A stretch of DNA of 64,000 nucleotides from Kudoa neothunni (lineage: Eukaryota > Animalia > Cnidaria): assembly GCA_964304625.1 (NCBI GenBank), contig OZ199839.1, forward strand, positions 8,075,885 to 8,139,884. Reading direction: 5' to 3'. A program made the translations under genes and the position numbers. Below, piece by piece: positions 40,879-54,244 of this stretch. Position 1 is the first letter of the stretch; every line of letters begins with the position of its first letter. The notes under the pieces were generated by a model. That model was not told the origin of the DNA. It saw only the letters and a list, made by a program, of their open reading frames with translations, and made no database searches.

Positions 40879-41934
40879 GGTTAATTTACAATTTAATGGA
40901 AATCATGAGGTATGCGCGGCCGCGCTCACGAAAGAAACAAATTTAAACGATAAACGTATTTTAATGTAAATATATTTCATTAATTGTTTTCATATACATC
41001 AAAAATGTATTCTTAGGGACTTTTTTCTTAGAATGGTACCCTGTGAGATAGGGACCAATTAATTTCGACTTTTTATGAGTTATATGTCGGTATTTTCTTT
41101 TTATTGCGCCTAAATTTCTTCGATATGGAATGTATGTACACCTTCCTGTGTCTTAAATTCAACCGAGTGATTTACTGTCTCATGACTATAGTAAATTGCA
41201 CCCAAGCTGTTGAAACCAGCCCAGCAATCTGTCCAAAGTATTGACCCGGGATGCACATTTTGAATAATTATATGTTCAAGTGTGGGTTGATTTCGAATGG
41301 TGGTTAGCACTTGAAATTATTACCATATGAGTCTATACCGCCAACGATCCATACGTTTTGATTTACCAAAACTCTTCCTCGGTGATACTTACTTTTCCAA
41401 ATCTGTGATTCATCAATTTGTACTACCACTACATGTCCTCTGATTCTTTCATTATGTAAATCAAAGTAGTCGATATAAACTTCTCTGATAAAATTCCTCC
41501 AGTCACAAATCATACTGTCGGAACCTATTTGCAGTTGTTTCGACAGCTGTGGATAGTGGATACGACATGTGGATATCATTGACTTCTATATACATCAATG
41601 CAAAGATTTGCCATAGCGTTAGTCTTGAACCTTCGAAAAATGTCCCTTTTCTAATTGAAATTTTTTTCTTACATATTGTACATTTGAACAAATATTTATC
41701 AATAATAGAATATTTTTTTAGCGACATTAACACATCACAATTATCGCACACTCTCTCTTTAGGTATAAGTTTAAGTTTTTTAAGAATGATATTTGTTTGC
41801 CTACGCCATTCTTCATTTCAAAGAGATTTTCCGGAAAAATATCATCGATATTTTCGAAAGTAAATTCTATTGCGCTATAAATTCCGATCGATGCTGGTAA
41901 GTAGCGATGAGTTCCACTTAATTGTAAATTTGCC
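40879..41934 (-). mobile_element. Merlin DNA transposon, frameshifted
   Basis: TIRs GGTTAATTTACAATTTAATGGAAATCAT / ATGAGTTCCACTTAATTGTAAATTTGCC. ORFs contain a CxxC-CxxC motif, SIRKGTFFEGS, VQIDES, WTDCWAGF, VNHS and GVHT..IE. Confidence 0.9.
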
Positions 41935-42123
41935 CCGAAAAACACATTTATGGTCCAGACTGCAAAATCTCTGGTTCACGTTGCGCACGCGGGGGAATTT
42001 TTTAGATTATCATTGAATTGTTATTGAAGGCTATGCATCAATTACGAAAACGACACGATGATAATTTATTTTAATAGTAGAGTCATAATTTTAGTTTATA
42101 AAATATTTGTGGATATATATATT

Positions 42124-44273
42124 TAGTAGGCAACCGATATTGCACACTTTTGAGAAAATTATTAGATTGAAATAAAATATATGTATAGGTTTTTAGCGTT
42201 TTAACTAAATATAAATAATTTCAAATAGTTAAAATGAGATAATAAATAGCACGTGACTCACCGATTTTTCACACTTTCCTCAACCATCTTTGATTAAATT
42301 TTTGTTTGATATCGGTTAAATAATACAGATGGAAAGAACTATTGCTAAAGTTGTTTGAACTTTAGAAGAAAAATACAAAATAATAAAGTATTTCGAAAGT
42401 TTACCCTTTAAACGCGCTAAGATAGCAACAGTAAAACATTTCCAAATTACGAATATTTCCATCCCGAATGGGATTCTTCGTAAGAAAGAGAAGATAATTT
42501 CTATTGTTGAAGGAGGATTGGCACAAAATAAAAGAAAAAACATTCATAACGTATCAAACATTAATTATGATCAAGATGTTTATGATTGGATCTGTTTGAT
42601 GATGGATAAAAAAATCGGAATCACCGCCTCTGATATCAAAAATAAAAGAATTGAGATTTCTGTTGAAAATAAGAAGCCAAGAAGTGTGACAATTTGGTGG
42701 TTTAAGGATTTTAAAAAGTGATTTAACCTAAGAAAAATTAATTTCCATGGCGAAGCCGCAGATGTGGATTCTGCGGTCGTTGAATAATGGATTCCACAAC
42801 TAAAAGACATATGTGAAATTAATAATTCAGATCGTATATATAATATCGACGAATCTGCATTATTCTACCAGCAACAGAGAGGTATATGTAGTTTTTTAAC
42901 GTTTTGATTCATTTTGTAGGTAAAAGTTTTGTCGTTTCATCAGAGAGGAGTTTAAAGGGGACCGAAAAATCTATGAAGCGAGTAACTATTTTATTAGGTA
43001 CCTCAATGAGTGATGAAAAGCTCAAACCACTAATAATCGGAAAACATAAAAACCCTCGTTGTTTTAAGAATATTAAACAACTTCCTGTGTCATATGAAAA
43101 CAATAATAAAGGTTGGATGAATAGTGATGTATTCTTGAGATGTATAATCAAGCTTAATCAATTATTTGAGAAAAGGAATAAATATGTGTTATTGTTTCTT
43201 GATAATACGTCCTGCCATTGTAAAAAAAATTTGAGGAATATAAAAATGGTTTTTCTCCCCAAAAAACTACGAGTGTTTTACAACCTCTTGAACAGGGGAT
43301 AATATATTCATTTAAATCTGCCTATAAAAAAGCTATGATTAAGCGATATATTGCTCGTGTTGAAGCAGGTATTGATCCCATCCCTCCGAACATAATAGAG
43401 GCAATGTTTCTTATAAGAGACGCTTAGGATATGGTTTCTCCAGAAACAATTAGAAATTGTCCTCTATAGCATTAGGCGGTGGTTTAATAATAAATAATGC
43501 ATCTAATTGAGCAAGCAATGATATCATATGCCCAGAGAAAATTAATGTCGAAATAAACGAAATGACTCAGGAGGAGGATGAAATTGGTTGCTTATATGAT
43601 GGCTATTCTACATTAGATTTAGATAGTAGAGATAATTTAGTGGATTTTATTAAGTATAGCGAAGGATCTGGTGAGGAATTGCTTGAAGATAAATCTGAGG
43701 ATACCCTATTCTGAATTTCAGAGGCTATTGATTCCATCAGCGAACTTAAAAAATTCTTTCTGAGAATGATGTTGATCGATTTAGAATTCTTTCAAATCTT
43801 GAGAACGACGCATACGATATCATGTGGAAAAATATTAAACTATCGAAAATAACAGATTTTTTCAAACGTTAGAATATAAATATGGTCTAGTTTACTAAAT
43901 TGCATCTCATCTTTATCCAAACATGTTACCTCGGCGATTAAGAGTTCAAATTTTACTTTTAAGTGTTAAAAATGTAATATTTAAATCAGAGACTCCCAAC
44001 TGGTTGTGCGAACTTTGGTCTCAGGTGGTGCGAGATCCGATCAAAATTGAAAATAATTTTTGATAAATTTCAAGCCAGTTACACCTTATCGTGTGCAAAG
44101 GGCTGAAAATTTCGTTTTGTCAAAAAATGGGGATGCGAGTCTAGTTTTAGTTGGGAAGCGCTGACTTAAATGGAGGTTGCGCATGCACAAACGTGTGTAA
44201 AATCGGTTCTGGATCGATTTCGCATTTTTTTTTCATGGTCCGGGAGGGATTATGCAAAATCGGTTGCCTACTG
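42124..44273 (+). mobile_element. pogo/Tigger-like transposon; transposase pseudogene about 42329-43872
   Basis: TIRs TAGTAGGCAACCGAT / ATCGGTTGCCTACTG-TA. Motifs YNIDESALF, KLKPLIIGKHKNPRCFK, GWM and LLFLDNTSCH. A probable short intron lies at about 42882-42919. Confidence 0.92.
43987..44163. mobile_element. 177-bp hAT-type MITE nested in the Tigger element
   Basis: TIRs CAGAGACTCCCAACT / AGTTGGGAAGCGCTG and 8-bp TSD ATTTAAAT/ACTTAAAT. Confidence 0.7.
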
Positions 44274-46253
44274 TATATAAGTTATACTAGCGAGGACAAC
44301 GCAAAAACATTAATTTAAGATAAAGTAGTTATAGACCCAACGTAGTCTGCGTGCGCATATTCTGAATGTGTGCAACCTCAACGCGGCTGTGCCATATTAA
44401 AATGATACATTCTGTATTCTAAAAAATGGATTATTGTTATTAATTTTTCTATAATTTCTTACCAATTTGGACATTATGAGCTGTACTAATAATGATGGTA
44501 AGAAAAACAAAGTAACAATGAGGAGTATTTTCCCAGGATTCTCCATAACGATATTTAGAATTTCTTCTTTAATTAAGACATGCCTTATTACATGAATTTT
44601 GTATTGATTAATGATTACACGACTCAATAAGACCTATAAGTGGTGATGTTATGGGAAAAACAGATGTGTGAACATTGTTGAATTGCGTCAACTCCATGGA
44701 TATATTGGTCCTACGAAGTCACTGCTAATTTGTGATTAAACAATCCTATAAATACCATTTTTTATATTATGTCACCCATGAAAAGATATAAGGGAATTTG
44801 TATTTACCCAACATTTATTCGTTCATCAGGAACGTGGTTGAATTTTGAACATAAAACACTAATTATCTACGCTATGCTATTTTTATTAATCAAACATAAA
44901 CTTAGGTTGAATAAATAACGGATGTATATGTTAAAAAAATAACTGTATGTGCCATTTTAACCTGGCACTAATCCAGACATCAAGACATTTTTATCCGAAA
45001 ATTCCAGCAAAAAGTTGTTTGGGATTGCGGTTGCTGAAGTTTCGGTTAAACGAAATGTTTTTATTTAGAATCTACATCATTTTCAAATGAATTTTAAAAA
45101 ATCATTCGGATAGCGCGATTTTCGGATAAACAGGGTTCGACTTTATATAAAAATGAGAATATTCCACACTTATAAATACTAAATTAGGTATCATTAATTC
45201 ATGTATCAATTAAAAAGTTGGTCAACAAAAATGTACATAATCTTTCTATGATGCGATTAGAATGATTTCACATATGTAGTTTTGCGGGGATAATATGCGT
45301 TCTATTGTGGGTAATAAAAGGAAATAACTTGTATCTACCCAACTATTCACACATTATTATGTATAAAGTGACTCAAATCAATAGTGAACGTTGTTATTTC
45401 TTTTTATCTGATGAGATAATTATTTGAGATCGTAATGGCTATTTGATAAATTATGAATATATATATTTGATTTAGGTTCAAATTTAATGGTCCAATATCC
45501 CAAAATAAAATTAAGAATTATAAACCATAAATTGTAGATAATTAATTAAATATTTATTAAGTAAAAAGTGATCACAGTCAAATAAAATAATTTTATTATT
45601 CAATTTCATAAATTCCATGTAATAAAATATTTCTTGCGCAAGCTCAATAAAATTAAATTTTATTGATATTGGTGTTTTTTAATTATTCCCATTAATTCTT
45701 CATTTGATAAAAATTAATCTGAGTACTACGAAACTCCAGGAAATCAAACGATTAATATAAATATAACTGTTATCAATTTATTTATTTCTTTTTATCAATA
45801 TTACGTCATATAAACAAATTTATAATAGTAAAATATTAGTTTCAATTAAAGTAATAAAAAACATTGGTTTCTTCCTATTTACTAGCATACCTATAATATA
45901 CTCTTTCAATTTTTAAAAATTATAAGATTTAATGTGACAAAAAATTATATTTATGATTATTTATCTCATAAATAACTCTATTTTTCATTTTTAAGAAAAA
46001 AAATAGTACAAAACTAATGTAATTTATTAAATCTTATGTGACACTAATTTTATTATTATCTTTGTTCAAATGATACAAATATTTGATAATATACTAAAAT
46101 TTACTATTGTAATTGATGCGCGTCTTTATATAAAATGCGATGAACATTTATTAGCCAATATATATCATTTTAACACAAACTTCAATCTCATTATCAACTA
46201 ATTAAACTAAAAATTCAAATAATGTTTTATCCAATGGAAAAATGAGATATAGT

Positions 46254-48518
46254 TTATTTCTTTGTCAAAACCAAGAAAACAATAGCGAAAACCATCAGTG
46301 CTATTAAAACGCCGCCAACAATCAACCTAAATCATCATTAGAGCTGTATGGGAACAGATAATATTACAGAATTTTGGTTCCACCAACATTAGCGCTAAAT
46401 TAAAGTTAATAGTTAATTGAATACTCTAACATAAAACTATCTTACCTATTCGGAGTGCCTAAAAAGGATTATTATTAATAGTTATTTAATAAAATTTACC
46501 TTGTTTACCAGTTTCTGGAAAGTTTGGATCAAAATTATCCTCATTTCCTCCAGCCCAAAGGCTCACAACGATCGGCTCACTAACGTATCTGGCCTGTACT
46601 TTCATTGATCCCCTTCTGTAGGAAGCAGCGTTGTAAAAGGTTATTTCTTGGTTGCATTTTCCCTCCCATCCAGTGGTTTTATCATATAATCCGTAAGTGT
46701 ATTTGACAACTCCATCTACTATTTGGGCAAATGTGTAATCACAAATCTGGCCTGGGTCCATCTGTTCCATTGTCGTTGTGACTATCAAATCGGTGTTATT
46801 CCACGTGTGGGTAACATTGATTTTTTGAAGCGTTGCAACTTAATAAATGTTATCGAGAAATTAATATTGTACATTACTTGTCGATACTGTCACCTTGTTT
46901 TTATCAAGGTCACTAACGTACTTTCCAAATAAATATTTAAATTCGTATTCAGTATCGTGAAAAAGGTTTTTAATAGTGAGTGGTTGTCCACATAAACCTG
47001 AACAATCAACCGATTCTTCGCATTCAGATGGGCTGAAAGCAGTTTCGCCCACCATTTTTTGTTGAATTTTACAGTATACTCTGTCAAACGGAGTCACGTT
47101 TGGTGCTACAGTCAATTTTACGTGTTCATAAAATGCTTTTATTACAGGTACTTGCGTTATATTGTAGTCAGCTTAATTAAATTTTAGATCAATTACTCAT
47201 TATTTATTACCTGTTTTAAATAGCTTTTCTGCAATATACGTTTTCGTACTGTCACCGTTTTTTGTGTAAGTCACTTTAACGATATATTTTGTATTTGGCT
47301 CGAGATCAAGGATGGTGGCATCTGAGCAATCGGTTGGACATGCTGTAGTTGAATCAGCATTGCATTTCACGCCAATGTTGAATTTAGGGAATTCTTGCTT
47401 TCTCAACTCAATAGAACAAACTGCGGTGTCCAAATCTGCATCTTTAAGGGCCGCGATAGAAAGAGTTGCATTGGTTTCTTTTGGTTCTACACTTAGGTCA
47501 CCTTTGTCAACTAATTGACATTTAAATAAAATTATTTAAACAAGGATTTTACTTCGTAGAGTTTTCTCTGCTCCTGCATGATTTCTAGTGGTTACTTTAA
47601 CTTTAAAATCTTTCTTTGAAGTATCACTAGTGTCCAAATCCATTACGACGTCAGTGCAGAGTTGATAACATTTATCGTCATCCGAGGGAGCAGAGCATTT
47701 TGAAGTATAAGTACTTTCATCTTTTTCTTTAATTTCAAATCGGCATATTTCATCTTGTATATCTTCATCGAAAACAATTTTTATTTTATTAGTTTGACCA
47801 CTGACTTTTTCGATGTGATAGGGAAGTTTGTCCAATGGACTGAATTCCATGGCCATATTATTTTTTCTATACATGTGTATTTTTGGCTGATTGACTCCAC
47901 AAGAGAGTTCTACTGAATCATCGATTGAATCAAAAAATCCGGTGAGCTTGGTTTCAGCGTCGCATTCGGTGTCAGCGGTCGGAGTGAACTGATCCAGGAC
48001 TCTATCTCCACTTGTTAGTTTACAAGTTTGAGGATGACTGCAGACATTTTTAGTGGTGAATTCGATTGAGGTTTCGTTTACTTTAAATTGAGTTTGAGGG
48101 ATAGTGTCAGTGACTACAAGAAAATTAGGGGAAAATTTCTAAAAATTGAATTACTATGGATTATTTTAAGAGTTTCAGTTGCATATTCGGATCTTATCTG
48201 TACATAATAGAATGGAAAAGCAGCTCCAGTTGGAATAGTGTATTTCCCGACACAAGAGACATCCTTAAGTTGTTTTCCTTCAGATTCACTCCCAATATAG
48301 TGATAGAAAAATTCGTTTCTTTCCAACAATTGAACGTTGCATTTACTTCCAGAAACTCCTTCAAGTTTTAAATGGATTGTATCCTCTAATTCGGTTTGAT
48401 CTCGTTGGACGTAGTATTTGTGTGAGTGGGCTAAATATATCTATTATAGATAATCCCACTTCTTGCTTATTTCACCATTGTAGCAGAGAGAAATGATTAA
48501 CAATGCAATGACCAACAT
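46254..48518 (-). CDS. B3: inverted near-duplicate of B2, intact
   Basis: Same nine exons as B2. Exon 2 appears identical, the C-terminal exons are nearly identical, and modules 2-4 are diverged. Confidence 0.9.
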
Positions 48519-49153
48519 TTTTGGTTCTTAATTATAACAGCGTTATTAATTTTAATAATAATTATACAAATGAATAACTCTAGATGACAATTGGTACGAA
48601 ACTGTGTAATTGAAGCACGAACTATAAGACTGAATAACATTTCAACAATGCAATTGAGAGCCGATAAATCGCATTAAAACCGAAACTAAAAACTTTTCTA
48701 CTTTACTAATAATGTCACAAAAAAATAATCATATTAAAGTACAAATGCTTCACTTAGATAAAAAAATTTTTTTTAAATTTATGATCGATTATTCTTCCAT
48801 TAGCCTATTAAGAAATCAATGTATACTTAATAATCCTTTAAATATTATAGAACTACAAATTAAGATAATTATTTCTATTGTCATAGCTTGAACATAATAA
48901 TATTAATTTCTTTTTCATAAAAATATTCAGTTTAATAAAAAATCAATCTATACTGCTTACAAATAATACTTTCTATTAATATTCAGACAAAAATTAATTA
49001 AAATTTTTTTTAATTAGTGTAAAAATAATATTACATTGAAAAACAGAGACAGTACTATAAATACGAAAGATAAATTAAAAAAACGTGTCAACTATTTAGT
49101 TGATTGTCAAAGAGAAAGATATTTGAAAACTAATTAAGTTTGCAGAAGTATTT

Positions 49154-49481
49154 CTAAGTGCTTGTAATGGTAGCAATTGTTTCGGTTATCACTACTGTGG
49201 CAAAGAGTTCCAGCTCAACTGGCTCACCGTCAGATCTGCGTTGAACAATCACTGTGGTTGATCTGTACTCAGAAACATCAAAACGGGTGATTTTAGAGTT
49301 TCATGGCTCATTCCAGCTGTTTGTTAGGCCGTGTACTGCAAATAGTTTTGTTTCCTTTCCTTCGGTTTTTTCCACAAAGGTAAAATCGCAAATTCCATCT
49401 CTTCTTCCCATATCTTTACTGTTATTTCCAAATAATTGTCCGTCCATTTATATTCAAGTTCCACCTTCTTAAATTGAGACT
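49154..49481 (-). pseudogene. B4: last-exon remnant of a B1 paralogue
   Basis: Reverse complement encodes GICDFTFVEKTEGKETKL and RSDGEPVELELF, ending TST* as in B1. The acceptor AG reads AA, there is a frameshift, and the upstream exons are missing. Confidence 0.85.
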
Positions 49482-51991
49482 TTAAAACAGTATTTCCCTA
49501 CAAATTTTACATCCCTATCCCCATCTTAATTTCCACGTTCACTTTGTATCCCCTCCTCCATGTGAATGTTAAGACTCAATTATACTTTTTATTTAAATGC
49601 GAAAATAATAATACCAATGAAAAATGTCTTAGAATTAAAATTTTTATTATTTTAGTTTATATTTAACTTCTAATTTCCCCTTCACGTCTAAAATAAATTA
49701 AAACCAAAATGTTTTGGTTAACTCAATTTGCTATGTATAATTGAAAAAGGATGACGTTATCTTTTCGCTCCTCATGATTTAACACCCAATGATTGGAGCT
49801 TTTATTCATTCCTGCTTATATATACTATTTTTATGTAAAGTAATAAATAATGTTATTAAAATTATTGCAGAATATTAGACTTAAAAAATAAATATAAACG
49901 TAATAATAAACTATGAAAGGTATGGTCCCATAATTAAATTCTATACATAAAAGTGAAAAATGAAATGAGTCAAATAAAAATAGCCAATTCGTATAGTTCA
50001 CAAGATACATTATTTCAAATAAATTCTTATTCAGTATTTATTTTATCTAGCGGTTCTCTAACTCCCGCTAGGTTTTCATAAGTAATTCAAAGCAGGACAT
50101 TTTGTAGGAATATGAAACATGAAAATCGTTGCCGGGGTTTAATGAATTCCGATACTTATTATTTGTATATAATGAAGTCGATAAACTTGCTTCATATACT
50201 ATCTTCTACAGAAAAACCTAGCAAATTCCTTTTTCTATATTGAATCATATTTTAATTTAAATTTTGGGGCAGTGGGTTAAGAAAAATTCCGAAAATTCAA
50301 AAAATAAGCCTTCTAAATATACTCGAGTAAAATAACTAATATATTGTTAAAATTGGTTTTCGTTTATTTATGTATATAAATGAATGCTTTGATCCTTGTT
50401 TTACCTATACTTTCAAGAACAATTTAACTTATATTTATATCAGAAGCAAGGTAAAAATTTGAAAGTAAAACTTAAAATGTAACATAATAAAAACAATGTA
50501 ATTAAATGATAGATCTCAAATTTAGACAGGAGACAAAGTTAAAACTACATCGTGGTTTTATTTTTATGGATATAGATTATTCCTAAGTAGATAAAAATGC
50601 TGACAACCTAAGTACAGCTAAAGCGCATAAATATGTTATTTTGAAAGATAACAAAGTAACTATTTTACATGAAAATAGCGATAGTTAGATTTTATACGCT
50701 GAACAGGCCTAATATAAACTATTACCTTACTGCGCTATTTCGTAGAACCAAACAGAATGAATTATAAATTAAATAAATTATCAAATCCCATATTTGAACC
50801 GATACTGATTGATATCAAAACAACCAAAAATATTACTATACGCATTACGCCCTTACATGATTTAATCGGGGACTAACGAACAATACTAATTGAATAAACT
50901 AAGATTAATTTTTAAATTTATTCTTGAATAACTCCCACACCCCTAACGATGGCTTTTCGTATCCCCTGTAAGGAACGCACTGGTCTAGAACTAAAGATCA
51001 TGGTATAACTTTCTTATACCAAAGCAATTATTACAATTACAAACGTATCATTCAGTTATTGTATTTTCCATGTACAATAATTTATTAAATAATTCATAAG
51101 TTTCTAATGTATTACAAATATAGGAAATATTATGGTCATAGTAATATCACTATATCTCGCACCATTAAAAAATAAACTACTAAGAAGATTAGATAAACTA
51201 AAGTTAGTTGGTTTTGACATTTCTAATCAACAAAACTTTTAATATTTAGAATTCAGTCCGGGAAAAAGTTAATTTAAATTCAAACAAATTATCTAAATCT
51301 ATTATTACTGACTACTGAGTTAGATATGGGTTTTACACACAAATGCTATAACGAAACTAGATAGGAGATAATAATCATCCCAAAGTTGTTTATATATGTG
51401 AAAACTTAGGGAAATACAGCATAACAAAGAGGACGCGCAAGTTGTGCGCGCGCCACGATAACGGCCGAAGCTATATTTTGCTTGATTTTTTTAAACTGAT
51501 ATTTTTAAACTTATATTTGTGATCAATCCATTTTAAAAAATGTAAACAGACGATTTATTATAAAATCAGAAGGGGGCGCGCACAAAAGACGGATTTTTAG
51601 AGGTGGATATTCCTGCATTACCGTTCGCACTAGTTAACGTTATTTGTTGAATTTTTTTATGTTGGAAAGCACCGAAAAATTATTAATTACGCTATATCGA
51701 AATCTTACTTTAATTTTTTAATGCTTTGCGATATAATGTAGTTCTCATTTTCATTATGAGCCATCATAATGAATTCTTCATTACCCAAAATCATATTAAG
51801 GAGGATGGAGATTTTCAGCTAAAATAATTGAGGATTTTAGGTTATCTATTTTTCCCATTGGACATTCTTTTATAATATGACGTTATATCTATTCTATCTT
51901 TCAAAGAACAAAAATTCTTGATTCTCTCCAAATGTTCACGACCCATCATTTGGACAATATTATTCTTAAGCTTAATGCTTACGACCCTTCA

Positions 51992-53085
51992 GGCTAAAGT
52001 TTAACACACCCGCAACACTTGGGATTGTTCGTTCTCGAATATCAACAAAACGCTACGCAAAACATAAAGACTGAAAACTGTACATTTTAACTCTCAAAAT
52101 TAAAAACTAATTTTGTTACATTTATAAATTCAGAAAATATTTAATTTTTGTGCCTTCTCTTAAAACACCACTCAGAAATATAGGATGAAATCATCTCTTT
52201 TTTCTTGTTTGTTATACTCCTACACTTACGTTTAAAGCTACCGACAAACTTCCAATTCTGTTAATGTGAATGCCAGTGGCATTGACGAATTCATACTTAC
52301 GAATCACTACGTCATGCTGGTATCCAATCCTATTCTAAGTTTTCGTAGGTTGGCCATCCATCGGTGTTGTATTATTGAACACTGATTAACATATTGAAGA
52401 ATAATCCCTTCTAATGTCCGCTGATCTCTAATTTCAGTTTGAAACCATGGAAACCTCTACGTTTTCATCAACACCCTCCAACAATCCATACACTTTGAAT
52501 TTGCAAAATCTTTCCAACATGAAACTTTCTTTTGCAAATTTGACTTTCGACAATTTGCATCTTTATTCCGGGTCCGCCTATTTTAGCGGGGTTCATGATA
52601 TAATAGCTCAGATATAAGCCTCGTATGAAATTTTTCTAGTCGTATCTTGCCCTGGTAGACTCTAGTCTGCATTCTTTCATGAGGTTACGTTGGTTCTGCA
52701 TTTAATTTCACCACAGATATATAATTTTTAAAATTTGATATAGTGAGAGTTTCGATTGATAAAAGAAACTATTATATCTGACAGATAGTTCTTTTAGGCA
52801 ACCACGATTATGGCATCTGAAACTGTATCCATCTGAATATCGTGGTCGAATCGCCATAACCATTCTACATCCACAATTTTATATTCCCTCTCTGGTAAAA
52901 GTCCAATTTCAATTAAAATTTTCAACAGTTCATCCTTCCTATCTTTGAAATATATTATTTCTTCAAAGTTTAGTTCATCTAGATTATCAGTTGATTAAAT
53001 AGCGGGAAGCATTCGTGGTTTATTGAGAGCCAAATGACCTAGGTAACCAAAAAACCCGAGTGTTGGGCTGTGGTAAACGTTAGCC
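51992..53085 (-). mobile_element. Merlin DNA transposon, heavily decayed
   Basis: Inverted repeats GGCTAAAGTTTAACACACCCGCAACACTTGGG / CCCGAGTGTTGGGCTGTGGTAAACGTTAGCC. Minus-strand fragments KIGGPG, TDG and GIHINRIG. Confidence 0.75.
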
Positions 53086-54244
53086 ATCCCCAGTAAAAAT
53101 ATGCCTTAGACAATTTTAAATCCTTCGGAGCCTACATAATGTAAACTATCATGAACATATATATTAATAGACGTTAACATTGAGAAATTGTTCTATCCTT
53201 TGTAATAAATAAAACGATAATATTGGCAAATACAATAAAGTGCAGCTACAAAAGCGTACAAACTAACCAATGATTTAAACCATATGAATGAATCAATCAA
53301 TATGGTCGTAACATACAAATACTTAATTATTAGCAAACATTGTTGCTTACGAGGAACATCACAAGTTCCTGGCCCTTCCTATTTTATCGGTATAATTGGA
53401 TTAAGTCTCCCCTGGTTTGGATCCACTTGTGCGTGAGTATTATAGCTAATTGCGGAAATAGAGTTGGTTTAAATTAAAGAATCGATATCTATTTGAAAAT
53501 GAAGGAGGGTTAAACACGCGATAATAATAGCAACAACAATAGGCTGAACTTAGGGGTATTTGTGGAGCGTGTGGCTCCCCAATTTTAGTGTTTTTTTACA
53601 ATTTTTTTTTCGTCAAAAATGGTCTCGAATAATCTTATATTTTATCATCATCTGTAGCGAATCAAAATTTCCTCAAAAATTTGAAGGACAAATTTTTCGT
53701 CTAGTCTCATACGTGATGGCGTAATAAACAATAATCCCCATTATGCATTTGAGGATGAGGGGCCTATACTAAATGTGATCCTAAAAGCTTCCTTAATTTT
53801 TGAAAAGTTTTTTTAATTAATTCAAGTAAAGAAGTTACCTCAACAAGCCAAAAACTTTATTCAAATTGGGACTGCGCGCAAGCCGCCAGATTAGTAAAGT
53901 ATTATCGAATTAACTTTGCTAAATACCCAATCAGTTTTACTTTGATGAAAACATGTTTTTTCTGGTTAGTGATATAGGAATTTTAATTATTAAATGATGT
54001 TAAAGTGTATATTAAATAGAAATATAAATTTGCGATACATTGTACATTATACAAGAAATAATTATTTCTCGATTTTCAGAAATGTATAATTTTTAGTTTA
54101 TAAAATTTCGAATACAATTTTTTTTGCTTAAATGAAAGCTTATAAGTTTGTAGGAGCATTCTAAAAATTCTCGTGCTTTGTGCAAAACAAAAAATATTTC
54201 TGTTGGGATATGGCAAATACCCCACCCCTGACAGGAAGGGTTAA

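Noticed and set aside
44397-44627. 76-aa minus-strand ORF with a hydrophobic segment
   Set aside because: No ATG start at the ORF boundary, no supported exon chain and no paralogue in the window; cannot be called a gene.
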